The notes: generated by a model not told the origin, from the letters alone. A stretch of 62,983 nt of DNA, filler included, from Octopus bimaculoides (GCF_001194135.2; 6 parts of 4 records of this genome joined end to end with filler, not necessarily neighbours in it), one strand, 5' to 3'. Numbered from the whole stretch's first letter, positions 28,190 through 40,880 are shown. Numbers and translations: made by a program.

Positions 28190-28900
28190 ACAACTAAAGA
28201 ATCTTTATCCAGGAATGCGGTGTTGAGCACTGATTCTCCTTGTTCGGCATTTAACTCCGTCTGTGTTAGGACCACATTTGCCGTGAACAGGAATTAATGT
28301 TTTCCATTCACTCCTTTGCTCTTTATGGGATCAACTCGCCACCTTCCTTATGTGACACCAACCCCACACAGATTCCAGCACACCTCCAATATTCAACTAA
28401 TCTTCCCCTCCACCTACACACTTGCACACCGCCTACATCGGTACCCTCACCACACACAGACAACTATACAAACACTCATACGTACCGTTCAACTCATTAC
28501 TCACTTCACACACCATAACACACACCCTCAAACACCTTCCCACTCCACACATTACCACACACCATAATCCACACACTCAATAGCACCACCACACATACCA
28601 CTATACGACCACCCCTACACACTATTCAACTCATTACACACACCACACACCATCATGCACATTTCCACACCCACACACACTCACATGCACATACATTCCC
28701 GCTCCACACACTAACACCTAATATCTGACAAACCCACCTCTCATCACCCGACCTCCCATCACCCCACTTCCATTCACCCCTATTTCTCCTCCTCTCGCAC
28801 CTATCCCACCTCCTAACTCCCCACTCTTGCCACCCCATTCCCTCTCACACCCCTATCCCATCTCCTAAACTCCTAACCCCTATCTCTCATACACACATAC
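28190..28900 (+). mobile_element. Penelope-like element: GIY-YIG C-terminus followed by C/A-rich 3' region
   Basis: VEH*FSLFGI...RE-QELMFSIHSFALYGINS resembles the PLE RxxRExxxIxxLxTxxPxGLN terminus; strong CA strand skew follows. Confidence 0.6.
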
Positions 28901-29350
28901 ACACGTGCACACACCACTTCAAGAGGCACACACGAACTGCTAAACATAAGCATTTGCATAGCTACGCACACGCACACATTAGACTCATATACATACACAC
29001 ATCCATGCGCACTCACATCCCTTCACACACATATATACGCGTCCATACGCACACATACAAACACAAAACGCTCATCACTCAACACAGTGCATACAGGCCC
29101 ATGCGTTACACACACACGTTAGCCTCACACACATATGCGCGCGCGCCCATACGCATAATTACTCATATACACTCGTCCATACGCACGTGCTCACACACAC
29201 AAATACACAAAACACAACGCATACAGTAGGTTACTTGTACACATACACACACAGACCAATGCGATTGCACGCACACATACGTACACATCAATACGACACA
29301 CACATAAATATCAGTACATGAAACGCATATCACTCCACGTAATATATATA

Positions 29351-29968
29351 TAGTAATCACTCGCCGCATCGAGGTTCACCTATTGTGCCCTCAGTACATC
29401 GCGGATTTTTCTGGCTAATGTATATAAATTTATCCCGTGGACTCCTCAGTATTTTGCCGACTTTGGCGGCCGATAGGTATTTATATTTTTTTTAGATTTT
29501 AATTATTTCTCTGGTAAAATAAGCCTAAAAAATAATAAATTAATAAATAAAATTACAGTAAAGTACTGCACTGTATAACACATTAATGAAAATATATTAA
29601 ATGAAAATACATAGTGTACCGTAGATTAGTACACAAAGAATCGCACATACTGTATGGAGAACGAATCTAGGGAGGTGAGTGTTTAGTGCTGTTTTCCATT
29701 TATAATAAAATAAATGTGCCCTTCTAAAGCCTAGCCAAGCTCATGGGCCCAGTTTCCCGGTTTCAATGGCGTATGTGTTCCCCAGCTGGGATCATGGTGC
29801 TGACACCCTAACCACTATGCCACGCGCCTCCACAAATAATAAAATATATACAAATTATAAAAATAATTTTTAAAAATACACAGTACAGTATTATTTCTAC
29901 TTCGTGGATTTTCACCTATCTTGGGGGCTTTTTGGAACGTAACACTCGCGATAGTCGAGAGTTTACTG
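29351..29968. mobile_element. pogo/Tigger-like MITE, TA-flanked, interrupted by a SINE fragment (29715-29830)
   Basis: Ends (c/t)agtaatcactcgccgcatcgaggttc and reverse complement cagtaaactctcgactatcgcg; TA on both sides. Confidence 0.7.
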
Positions 29969-30147
29969 TATATAGGTATGTTGATGCAAACAGGAAATAT
30001 AGAACTCAGGATCTGTGCATATGAACATTTTAATTAAAATTTAGCAGATATAACAGGGTGAATCACAATCCAAGAATTCCGTGCGTTGGAGTTTGACAAG
30101 TGCCAAGGAACGAAAATCTCGGACCCTGAGTAACTGTGTTATTTCTG

Positions 30148-30208
<61 letters not shown>

Positions 30209-30764
30209 TGAGTACGTGTGTGTGCGCGCACGTGTGTGTGTGTGTGTGTGTATACATTATAGGTATGCATGTTTGTGCGTATGAGTCTGTTTATGAGAGA
30301 ATGAGGTGAATATACGAAATCGTTTTATCAACTTGCTGAACAGATTCCGGGCGATCTATTTTCATATTTAGAACATGCTATTAGGACATAAAATAAACAT
30401 CTACAGATATTTAATAAATTAAAGGTTGCCTAAAGTCATACTGAGCTGTTATTAATAAATTATTTATATTCCGTTGCGACTTGAGTTATTTTCCTATTTA
30501 ATAGCTTCATGATAGTGAAATAAGCGTTCAGTTATATTACGGGTTTTCAACAAGTGTCAACATTAGTTTTAGAAAATATTTATTTTAAATATGAAGCTCG
30601 CCGGTTGTTTTGTTCTAGTTGTATTTTTCTGTTTATGAGTTTACATGGAAAACTTGCTATAAAGAGAATGTCATTCCTAAGTGCTGCCTAAGCAACACGC
30701 CTTCTCTTGTGGTCAGTTTAATTTGAATGTATTATATGCCAAAGTGTATATATGTATATGTGTG

Positions 30765-30985
30765 TGTCTGTGTGCTTGTGTGTCTGTGTTTGTTCCCCCA
30801 CCATCGCGTGACAACTGATTTTGATGTGTTTACGTCACCATGATATAGCGGTTTGGCAAAAATAGACTGATAGAATAAGTACTAGGCATACAAAGAATAA
30901 GTCCTGGGGTCGATTTGTTTGACTAAAGGCGGTGCTTCAACATGGCCAATCAAAATGACGAAAATAAGTAAAAGAAGAATAAAAG
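30765..30985 (+). mobile_element. SINE family 2 3' body
   Basis: gtttacgtcacc...gaataagtactagg...gactaaaggcggtgc. Confidence 0.85.
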
Positions 30986-31034
30986 AGGAGTAAATTCGAA
31001 TATGAGTGTGTTCTCGCATATATATTCTATTATT

Positions 31035-31260
31035 CTTCTATTCCTTTATTTCTTTCAGTCATTTGACTGCAGTCATGCTGGAGCAGCGTCTTAAAGGGGC
31101 TTTAGTCGAAGATATTGACCCCAGGACATTTTTTTTTGTAAGTCTAGTACTTATTGTATCGGTCTTATTTGCCGAACCACTAAACTACGGGGACGTAAAC
31201 ACACTAACATCAGTTGTCAAATGATGGTGGGGGGACAAACAGAGACACAAATACACTCAA
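31035..31260 (-). mobile_element. SINE family 2 3' body, inverted relative to 30765-30985
   Basis: Reverse-complement homologue about 50 bp away. Confidence 0.85.
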
Positions 31261-31404
31261 ACAAATATATACTATACACTACATATATATGTATATATGT
31301 GTATNNNNNNNNNNNNNNNNNNNNNNNNNNNNNNNNNNNNNNNNNNNNTTAATTAATTAANNNNNNNNNNNNNNNNNNNNNNNNNNNNNNNNNNNNNNNN
31401 NNNN

Positions 31405-31461
<57 letters not shown>

Positions 31462-32318
31462 GGATAGATAGATAGATAGATAGATGAATGGATAGATTGA
31501 TCGATGGATGTCTAATTGGAGGAAATGATATATGTAAGTGTACACGTCTGTGTTAGATTCACATACTGACACATATGCATACATCAATCTGAGTATATAT
31601 GTTTGTATGTGCATGTGTGCGTGTGTGTCTACAAGTGTGTTCGTGAGTGTGCGGGCGAACGTGCGCGCGCGAATGAATGGGTGAGGGAGTAATTATGCGC
31701 ATGTGCAACTGTTTCTTCGAATCTATATTACTACCGCTCTTGCTTCTGGTTTTACGCCTCACTCAAAACTACTTAGTCACTTATTTAATTACCTCCAGTA
31801 CATTTTACTTCCTTTTTGTTTTCCATATCTCTTGACTTCTTTACGCGCATTGTCCACCTTTTTCCTTTCTCTGACTTCAACTCTGATATTCTCTATAAAA
31901 TTTATTCTGTCTCACAGCTATTCCTTCCTTTTTGTGTCAGTCGTGTTCGTTTTCCTTCCTTTTTCCTACTGTGGTAAATAGAAGAAAATGCGACTGATTC
32001 CTGAAAATCCATTAATGTTGTCTTATGATGCTACTTATAGAAACAACGTTTTATAAGGTCCCTTTCAAAGCATTACATTTCTACATTGTCACTAACAAAA
32101 ATAGATGAATTTTGTACACGTAAACGGAGAAAATATGCCATTAAAAAGAAAAAGAAATAAAAATACATACATACCTGCACACACACACACTCACACACAT
32201 ATACAGCACGCAAACACACACACAAATATTCATTATTATTATTATTATTATTATTATCATTATTATTATTATTATTATTATTGTTATTATTATTATTATT
32301 ACTATTATTATCATTATT

Positions 32319-34070
32319 CACAAGGCTTATTTTTATCACTACCGACCGCAGTTCGGTGTACCTTGGGCATGTGCTGTGGTTTGTTGTGGTGATCTTATTT
32401 TCACTGTATTTGAAGTGTTTTACATTCGATTTGTGTGGTGCCTAGTAGTACTATTTTCTGTATGTAATATATACTTGTAACACCTGGTGTATTTTTTTTT
32501 TATTTATCCTGCCTAATGCCCCTACTGTAATAGGAATTGTTTCTGTTTTAGGCTCCTCGTTACCACTATTTCCAGAAGTTTGTATTTTGACAGTATCACC
32601 GTTTCTTTTAAAGAAATGTTATCAACTGTTGGTATTGATTCATCGCTTAGAAAGCTTTTTTTTTATTTTTTGTGATCTCTAACAACTATATCCGGCTTAT
32701 TGACCTAATGTTTCTATCTGTGCGTATTTTGCATATCTCAGAGTATGGTTCCTTTCTTATTTTCTTTGACCTGTTCTGGCGTGTGTCTATACCATCATTT
32801 TTCTGTTGTTATTCCATAGTGTCGATATAGCTTGTAGTGTATAGAGGTTCCAACTCTTTTGCGTGTTTGAATGTATTCCTTCTTAACCAGGACTGGGCAG
32901 TCAGAGACATGATTTGCTGTTTCTTCGCCATCACCAAATATTCTGCAGTCTTTCTATTTCTTTTCATTGCGTGTATGTGGTAATGTCTGGTGGGAAGGCT
33001 TCGATCTTGTGCTTTAATTAAAAATCCTTCAATCTCTGCTTTGAGCCCTAAGCTTTTCAGTCTTTGTTGGAATTTTGTTTTGTCTATTTTTTTTCTGTTT
33101 AGCTTAACCCAATATTTGCCATGAAGGAGCTATTCTTGCCATCGTTTAATCATGATACGTTGCTGTTCCAGATTTAGATTGGACTTCAGTTGTTTTATTG
33201 TTTTATTATCATAATTAATAGGTACTCTGGCTCCTTTATGTGTATATCAAGCTTCCTTTAAGACAGAAAACAGTATTTCATTTCGTTATGTTTTGTAGTT
33301 ATTTGTATTAATTTCCCTTGCTTCAAAGGTAGCTATTTCTCTAGTCCTATGGCGGGCATTTCGTAATGGGTTTCTAGTTCTAAAAGGTCTCTACCATCTT
33401 CGCTACGTTGTATATGTAAACAGTCTGTTTGAGGTGTTGTATCCTAAATCCTGTCATTATTTTTCTTGTTTTCCTGTCTATATTGACTAGTTCATTTAGA
33501 GTCCTGTTAAGAATATTGTAGCTTTAACTTATAACTGGGACGGGTAGAGATTTGTTACCGATAATCTCTGCATTGTATACTACCTATAAGCATTGTATAT
33601 GGAGGTCAGGTTTTGTTCTCAATCTCTTATTACATTTGTTTTATCTAATGTGATACCGCTACTCTTACCAAGTTTTCCTCTTTTCAAGGTTGCTTTGGCA
33701 CATTTTTCTAAGCCAAACTTCATGTTTATTTCTTTGGTAATTCCATGTACTGCTTGTAGTAAAGTTTTTCTTCGGCTGTTTAGTATACAGTTTCACATCA
33801 TCCTTATACAAAAGATGATTGATCGCTTTGCCATAACAGTTGTTTCCATATCCAATTCTCTTTAGCATGACAGATACAGGTGTCACAGCCAAGCCGCAAG
33901 AGAGTGAAGAGAGTGCGTCTCCTTGGAATATTTCTCTTCTAGTGGGAATAGCTTTGGTTTTTATGAGTCCCTATTTTGTCTCGAGCTGTCGCACTGTCTA
34001 CAATATATTCACAGAATGTTTTATATATTTTTTGACTACTGGTGCAACTTCATGGCTCGTGTTCCTATTA
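32319..34070 (-). mobile_element. R4/Dong LINE, 5'-truncated, RT to RLE, decayed
   Basis: RREIFQGDALS, INHLLYKDDVKLY, CCHC region and RLE; 3' end abuts (AAT)n. Confidence 0.85.
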
Positions 34071-34071
34071 T

Positions 34072-34153
34072 TTTTATCATCATCATCATCATCATCACAT
34101 TCATCATCATCATCATCATCATCATGAATATTATCATCATCATCATCGTCGTT

Positions 34154-34221
<68 letters not shown>

Positions 34222-34260
34222 TATCACCATCATCATCATCAACATCATCATCATCAGTAT
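34072..34260. repeat. (CAT)n microsatellite
   Basis: Directly visible. Confidence 0.97.
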
Positions 34261-34274
34261 TATTGTTCAGTAGT

Positions 34275-35200
34275 TTTATTTTTATAACGTGCTTTCACTT
34301 CACTACCGAGAACAGGTCTGTGCACCTTGGGTATATGCTGTGGTTTGCTGTGGTGCTCTTATGTTTACTGAATTGAAAGTGTCTTGCGTAGAATGTGTGC
34401 AGTACCCAGTAGTGCATTTTTCTGTATGTTATATATATTTGTAAGTCCAGGTGTTTTTGTTATGTATTTGTCTGAATATTTTTTGTTTATACCTAAGGCA
34501 CCTACTATGATAGGAATTGTTTCTGTTTTAGATTCCACTTTCGAGTTACCTCTATTTCCAGGTCTTTCTATTTTGAAAGGTTTTCCATTTCTTGTAGAGA
34601 GACGTTGTCATCTGCTGGTATTGATAAGTCAATTAGAAAGCGTTTTTTTTTCTTCATGATCTTTGACAACTATATCTGGTCTATTTGCCTTAATTTCTCT
34701 ATCTGTGTGTATTGGCATATCCCAGAGTATGGTTGCTTTCTCGTTTTCTGTGACCTTTTCTGGCGTGTGTTTATACCATCTTTTTTGTGTTGTCATTCCA
34801 TAGTGGTGGCATAGCTTCCAGTGTATATAGGTCCCAGTTCTGTCGTGAGTGTGAATATATTCTTTCTTAGCCAGGACTGGGCAGCCATAGATAATATGAT
34901 TTATTGTTTCTTGTCCATCTCCACAAATTCTACAGTTACTTGTTATGTTTCTTTTCATTATATGTTTTTGGTAATTTCTGGTGGGGAGGCTTTGGATTTG
35001 TGCAGCAATTAAAAATACTTCAGTCTCTGCTTTGAGTCCTGAGCTTCTCAACCATTGCTGGGATTTTTCTCTGTCTATTTCTTTTGCATTTAGTTTAGCC
35101 CAGTATTTACCATGTAGGGGCTTTTCTTGCCATCGTTTTATCATGGACGTTGCTGTTCTAGTTTTAGTTTGGATTTCATTTGTTTTATAGCTTTTGTTGT
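34275..35200 (-). mobile_element. R4/Dong LINE 3' fragment with a 171-aa open CCHC+RLE segment (34629-35144)
   Basis: WQEKPLHGKY...CRICGDGQETINHIIYGCPVLAKKEYIHTHD...HWKLC...ILWDMPIHTDREIKANRPDIVV. Confidence 0.92.
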
Positions 35201-35329
35201 TTCTTCTTCTTCTTCTTCTTCTTCTTTTTNNNNNNNNNNNNNNNNNNNNNNNNNNNNNNNNNNNNNNNNNNNNTTAATTAATTAANNNNNNNNNNNNNNN
35301 NNNNNNNNNNNNNNNNNNNNNNNNNNNNN

Positions 35330-35366
<37 letters not shown>

Positions 35367-35371
<5 letters not shown>

Positions 35372-36242
35372 TAATAAAAGTAAAGTTCAATCTTGCTTGC
35401 TTGCAGCCAATGGGAAAAGACTATGAATTGAGTAGCCCCTGGAATATTAATACGAACAGAATAAAACAAGTTTCGCGTAAACCGGACCAGTAGTTATTGA
35501 GATATTCGGGATTTGAGGGTATAAATACCCAAAAAGTGCATAATGGGAAAATATTTCGAATATAATTTCATCCTGAAAGGGATGAAACTCTAACCTTTCG
35601 ATTAGACATAGTGACTTGACAATGAAAACATGCGATTTGTTTTTTACAGTAAATGTTTCTATTTTCGCTTTTGTTAAGCAACATTTTAATCATTTAGAAA
35701 TATTTTAAGTGAATGTGATTTCAAAAATGTAAGTTGTTTGTACAGTAAGTATTTATATTTTAGCTTTATTTAAACAGACAATATTTTCATATTTCTTTAA
35801 ATTATTTTCAAGTTAATACCATTACAAAAAATTTTTTGGCATGTTTACAAAATATTTCAAAGTAAAAATGACTTGAAAAATACGGCAAATATTTCATAAA
35901 AGACCCGTTCGTAACCTCGGTGTGAAATAATTTTTTTCCATAGGTTTTTTTCGAGTGCATTCAACGTATCTCACCTCCAAAGATTTGGCTGCTATTTCTA
36001 GCAGGCCCTGCTAAAACGTAACAGTTATTTGCGATAAAGGACACGAAATACCTGTTGCGTGGTAACAGGGTGTGCAAGAAATAGCAGCCAAATCTTTTCT
36101 TTTCAGGGGGAAAGAAGCCGTTTACGCGTGATTTCGATGTCACATTCGTTGAAAGCATGCGAAATAAACTGGAAAGGAAAAAAACTCCGTTGCTGGGAAG
36201 CTCAGACTTTCCTGGTGGCCCAACGGATCATGGGTAGTCTAG
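35367..36242 (+). mobile_element. possible non-autonomous Helitron
   Basis: 5' tatactaataaaagtaaag followed by a (TTGC)n run; 3' gccca-N8-tgggt hairpin then CTAG|T. Confidence 0.35.
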
Positions 36243-36344
36243 TATATATGTATATATATATATATATATATATAATGACAGATAAATATTTAGATGAATC
36301 TTTATTTAACGATAAAAAATCCAAATATCACGACAAATTTGTTT

Positions 36345-36725
36345 CATATATATACACGATCGGCTTCGTTCAGTTTCCGTCTATCAAATCTACTCACAAG
36401 GCTTTGGTTGGCCCGAGGCTATTGTAGAAGACATTTGTCCAAGATCAGACGCTGTGAGACTGAACCCAGAACTATGTGGTTGGGAAGCAAGCTTCTTACC
36501 ACACAGCTATGCCTGCACCTTCTCACAGCCACACCTGTTTCTTTGCTTTCTTTTACTTGTTTCAGTCACTGGACTACGGCCGTGCTAGGGCACCGCCTTA
36601 AAGGGTTTTAGTCGAACAAGTTGACCCTAGGACTTATTTATTTCTAAGTCCGATACTTATTCTATCGCCGAACCGCTAACAATGCAACACAGGTTGTCAA
36701 TCGATAAGATGACAAACACACTCCA
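36345..36725 (-). mobile_element. SINE family 2 head plus adjacent 3' body (two copies)
   Basis: Family motifs. Confidence 0.8.
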
Positions 36726-37714
36726 CACACACACACGAGGTGCTCAATTAAAAAGATTGTCATAGAGAAATAATTAGAAAGGCTACAAATGTGGGAGGAA
36801 AGATATTGATAAATCAACCAATAAATAATTCAAAAGGTGAATATCTTGTGCAGATGACTTCTTTGGAAGAAGGAACCTCCGAAAAACATAACCAGCACCG
36901 TACTATTTCACGTCAAAAATCTTTTGANNNNNNNNNNTGTGTGTGTGCGTGTGCTTTTGACGAAAGATAAAAGCATAGACGAGGAAAACAAAAAAACGCA
37001 ACTAAAAAATATAGCTTAAGCGGTTTTAGAAAACCTAGCCTTTCCATTTTGTCACTTTGGCATTTACAAAACCAAGTGCACCAATTATTATTGATATAAA
37101 TATGAATTTATAATCTGGATATAGAAGCATTAGTATTTTAACTGAATAGTCGCAGTAACTGAGGTATCCACAAAAGTGCAATGCATTAGTAGTGTAAGAC
37201 ACACACAACCCACGAAAGACCCAATGAAAAAGACTGAAGAAAACGACAAACCAATACTCTGTGTGGTATCTGTTTGGCCAGTTTTTGACAATCTCGCCGC
37301 CAGAAATTAAATAAGCCAGTGATTAACTCATTGGAAATCTGTCACCAACGACCCTTTTCTTCACCGAATGCGATATAAACAACGAAAAATAGATGATCTC
37401 TACCAATCTATATAGTTTGAGCATTTAGTTCTTCTTCCACTCTACTTCCAATAGAGATATCTATTTCCAAGCCTTTGAACATTTATTTAACTCACATATC
37501 ACTCCATATTTCTCCTTTATCAGTTCTCTCCTTATTGATTTCTTTACCCCTTCTCTTCATATGTGCTACCTTTGACGTCATAACTCTAGCCCTAACTCTA
37601 ACCCTAACCCTAAACCTAATTTACAAAATGATTCTGTATTTTTCAAATGTAATATGGAAGTGAAAATTACATTAAGGAAATATGTGAAGAAAAACCTTCC
37701 CAACTTCTTTGAAG

Positions 37715-38551
37715 TAAAACATCTTTTACTCTTAGTGTTGTTGAGAAAAGTTTATACTTTCAAAGTTATTTCGTATTAAAGTTGTCATATTTCCGTAATT
37801 TCAACCAATCAATGACATGTATTCAGCTGAATAAAATTACTGCTGTTTTTTGTCAACAACAACTTCCGGCGGTGTATATTTCGTTTGTTACTGTTATTTA
37901 TGACATATTTCATCTCAATTACGTTCGTATGAATAAACGAGTGTATCTGAAGCATTACCATAGTCGTTCGTGCATTTCTACTGCTTTTAGGTTTTTTTCC
38001 TGTTTTTCAGCTACTATTTTCGGAAAGACCTCCTCCTCCTCCCCCATTTTCTCGCACGGAATTTTGAAATTGTTTGCCCCCCGTTACCTGTCCCCGCCAG
38101 TTTCTTCATTTTTCACTTTTTCCGTAACTCTAACCCTAAAACCCCAACCCTAACACCCCTACCCTGACCCTAAAACCCTAACCCTAACCCTAACCCTAAA
38201 TCTTAACCCTAAAACGCTCACCCTAACCCTAACTCTAAAATCCAAACCCTAAAGTTAAACGCACGAACGATGTCATAAGTAACAGTGACAAACAAAATAT
38301 ACACCGCCGATAGTTGTTGTTAACAAACAACAGCAGTAATTTTATTCAGCTGAATACACGTCTTTGATTAGTTGAAATTACCGAAATACAACAACTTTAA
38401 CACGAAATTACTTTGAAAATATAAACTTTTCTTAACAACACTAAGAGTAAAAGATGTTTTATATGACACATTCTACCAGTGTCCGAAGTTTGAAAGTGTT
38501 TGGTTACAAAAAAATTAATTTCTCGATCTGCCGTTGAAAGGGAAAAGATCC
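37715..38551. mobile_element. foldback MITE with about 190-bp inverted arms and an internal degenerate (AACCCT)n; left terminus lost
   Basis: 37715-37905 is the reverse complement of 38269-38460; ends ...aaagatcc like the 52078-52635 copy. Confidence 0.8.
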
Positions 38552-38812
38552 TAAATCAGTATTATATTGAGCAACTTACCTCGAAAGACAAGTTCCCACA
38601 AAGTAGAGACAGGCTAGTGGGGGGAAACGCCACTAAAGCTTCTAATTGCAATAAGAAAGTCATGAACGTTATCCAATCGTTTTTATTTTTTTGTTTTTGT
38701 TTTTTTTTCTTTTTCTACCCTTCCTAAAACATACGGCCTTTGAACCTCGTCTAAAAGAAACCGATTTCATGGCGAGTGCCTTAGCACAAAAAGTAATCTC
38801 TTAGTAGTCGTT

Positions 38813-38928
38813 TCAGTGATGTAGTTTCGAATCTCGGTCGAATCCTTGCATTTTCACGTATGTCGCTAATTTCCTTGAGAGTGAGTTGTCATAATATTCT
38901 TTTTCTCCTACGTCTAGCATATAATGAC
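38813..38928 (-). other. candidate terminal coding exon (G)HYMLDVGEKEYYDNSLSRKLATYVKMQGFDRDSKLHH*
   Basis: ttttattttctacaag| acceptor; open phase-1 frame to TGA; weak GH18-like YDNxxS..KxAxYVK pattern. Confidence 0.22.
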
Positions 38929-39671
38929 CTTGTAGAAAATAAAAGTCCTTACTAACGATAAAGTTCCATTTAAAAGTATCTATTATCAAATAAATACCAA
39001 AATGAAAAATGGGACGAATGTCACAACATCCCATTTCCCTTCGCCTGCGAGTATATAAATAAAGCCGTTAGTATCAATGAAAAGAAACTAGTCTAGAAAA
39101 CGAGCAATTGAAGTAATATAATGATTAAAATTGAAAAGAAGATTATTGAAGAAAATTGAATAAATTCTCAATTATTATTAAGCTAACGATATTGAAAGGG
39201 TTAAAAAATGGAACTAGCGTTATGTCAAATCATTGATTAGATATGATTCGAGTATTTTGAGGGAGCTTTCTTTGATTTTCATGTATTATTTTGTTGTTAT
39301 TAATTATTATTATTATTATTATTATTATTTATTGACCGTTATTTTCCTATTTATTCTATGTGTTGATGAAATCTTCCTAAATATAGTAAAAGAAAGAGTG
39401 AAAGAAAAGGGGGTACAAAATAGAAAGAAAAGAATGTAGGGGATGAGCAACCAAAAGAAAAGAGATAAAAGAAATGAATGCATGAATGAATGAACGAACG
39501 ACTGAATGAAGAAAGAAAGTGAGTGCTGGGGGGGGGAGAAAGGAGCGAAAGAAAAAAATAGAAGTGAAAAGGAAAGAGAACAAGAAAAGAAAAGAATCAA
39601 GATGCTGTCAGTAATATTTTTGTAAGAGCTTGTAAGAAATCAATATTTTTATTAATGTTAGAAATCAATAC

Positions 39672-39813
39672 CTTCCCAAGAACAACGTAGAGCAGGAGTA
39701 AATTCATAGCAAGCCTGCGATCGCGTTTCGATTCCAAGTTGTCGTCATTCCGTACTGATTGATCGTTCTCTCTTATTACGAATGGTGTGAGGATTACACA
39801 ACTTAATTTCTAC
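39672..39813 (-). other. candidate 142-nt exon with a single in-frame TGA
   Basis: attttctttcag| and aag|gtattg; frame 0 open except TGA at 39745-39747. Confidence 0.22.
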
Positions 39814-39932
39814 CTGAAAGAAAATATTGTTTTCTCTTACAAAGAAAAGTCGCTGGTTGTAGCTGAATGAGTAAAACATTTAACTGAGTATATTTCAGCA
39901 TTTATTTCCAACACTTCTTTGTCCTGAGATGT

Positions 39933-40260
39933 GGAGGCGCAATGGCCCAGCGGTTATGGCAGCGGACTCGCGGTCATAAGATCGCAGTTTCGATTCCCAG
40001 ACTGGGCATTGTGAGTGTTTATTGAGCGAAAACACCTAAAGCTGCACGAGGCTCCGGCAGGGGATGGTGTCGAACCCTGCTGTACTCTTTCACCACAACT
40101 TTCTCTCACTCTTACTTCCTGTTTCTGTTGTGCCTGTAATTCAAAGGGTCAGCCTTGTCGAGGTCGATAAAATAAGTACCAGTTGAGCACTAGGATCCAT
40201 GTAATCGACTTACCCTATCCCCCCAAAGTTGCTGGGATTAAGCCAAATTTTGAAACAAGT
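39933..40260 (+). mobile_element. tRNA-Arg(TCG)-like SINE (octopus OR-type), family 3
   Basis: A box tggcccagcggt, anticodon-like arm gcggacTCGcggtc, B box gtttcgattccc; 3' part shares the family 1 core. Confidence 0.8.
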
Positions 40261-40880
40261 TTTACCAAATCATTCAAAAAATGTGAAATTTTGAATGCAC
40301 TGGCGACTTCAAAGGATGAATGTCTGTGGAATGAAGATGATAAAGGAAGAACCAGCAGACAATGGGAATATTATAATTATGGACTGCAATGATAAAGAGA
40401 ATCCGTAGAGAGAATATCATTCACTTTGATAACTATAGTATTGTTGATAAATGAAAGAACTATTGTTAGGTCGCTAACACCTTTGACCAGTAATAACAGC
40501 TAGCAAGGATTACTTTCGACAAGGAACAATAAAAAGATGCAAGTTCAGTTTTTAAAGAACGACACAATAGTGACGCATTATTATGCAAATTATGGTAGCA
40601 CTGCGTATAAGCTGATCAAAGTTATTTAAGGACAACAAGCGACTTTTGTGGCGAATAGTGCGATATGACAGTAATAATTCCATTTTGAATATGATGAATG
40701 TTGTGGATTTGCAAGGTTTTAATGAATTGTTGCGTAGGATATGTTTAATATCTACCATATAATTGTAATTTAAAACAATAGCTAATTTCCAATTCAGGTT
40801 TCTGTGTATATATTAAGCTAACGAATTCATTTTGATTCATTGTAGTTATCATCTTCGTTTTAATAGTTACAGCGTTATAA

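Noticed and set aside
31349-31360. TTAATTAATTAA embedded in N runs (also near 35274, 55144, 57798, 60930)
   Set aside because: Identical palindromic all-frame stop spacer in the middle of gaps; an assembly linker, not biology
39933-40015. tRNA-Arg-like sequence
   Set aside because: No proper acceptor stem and continues into a SINE body; a SINE head, not a tRNA gene
40290-40410. MKMIKEEPADNG-like peptide
   Set aside because: No splice context or further support
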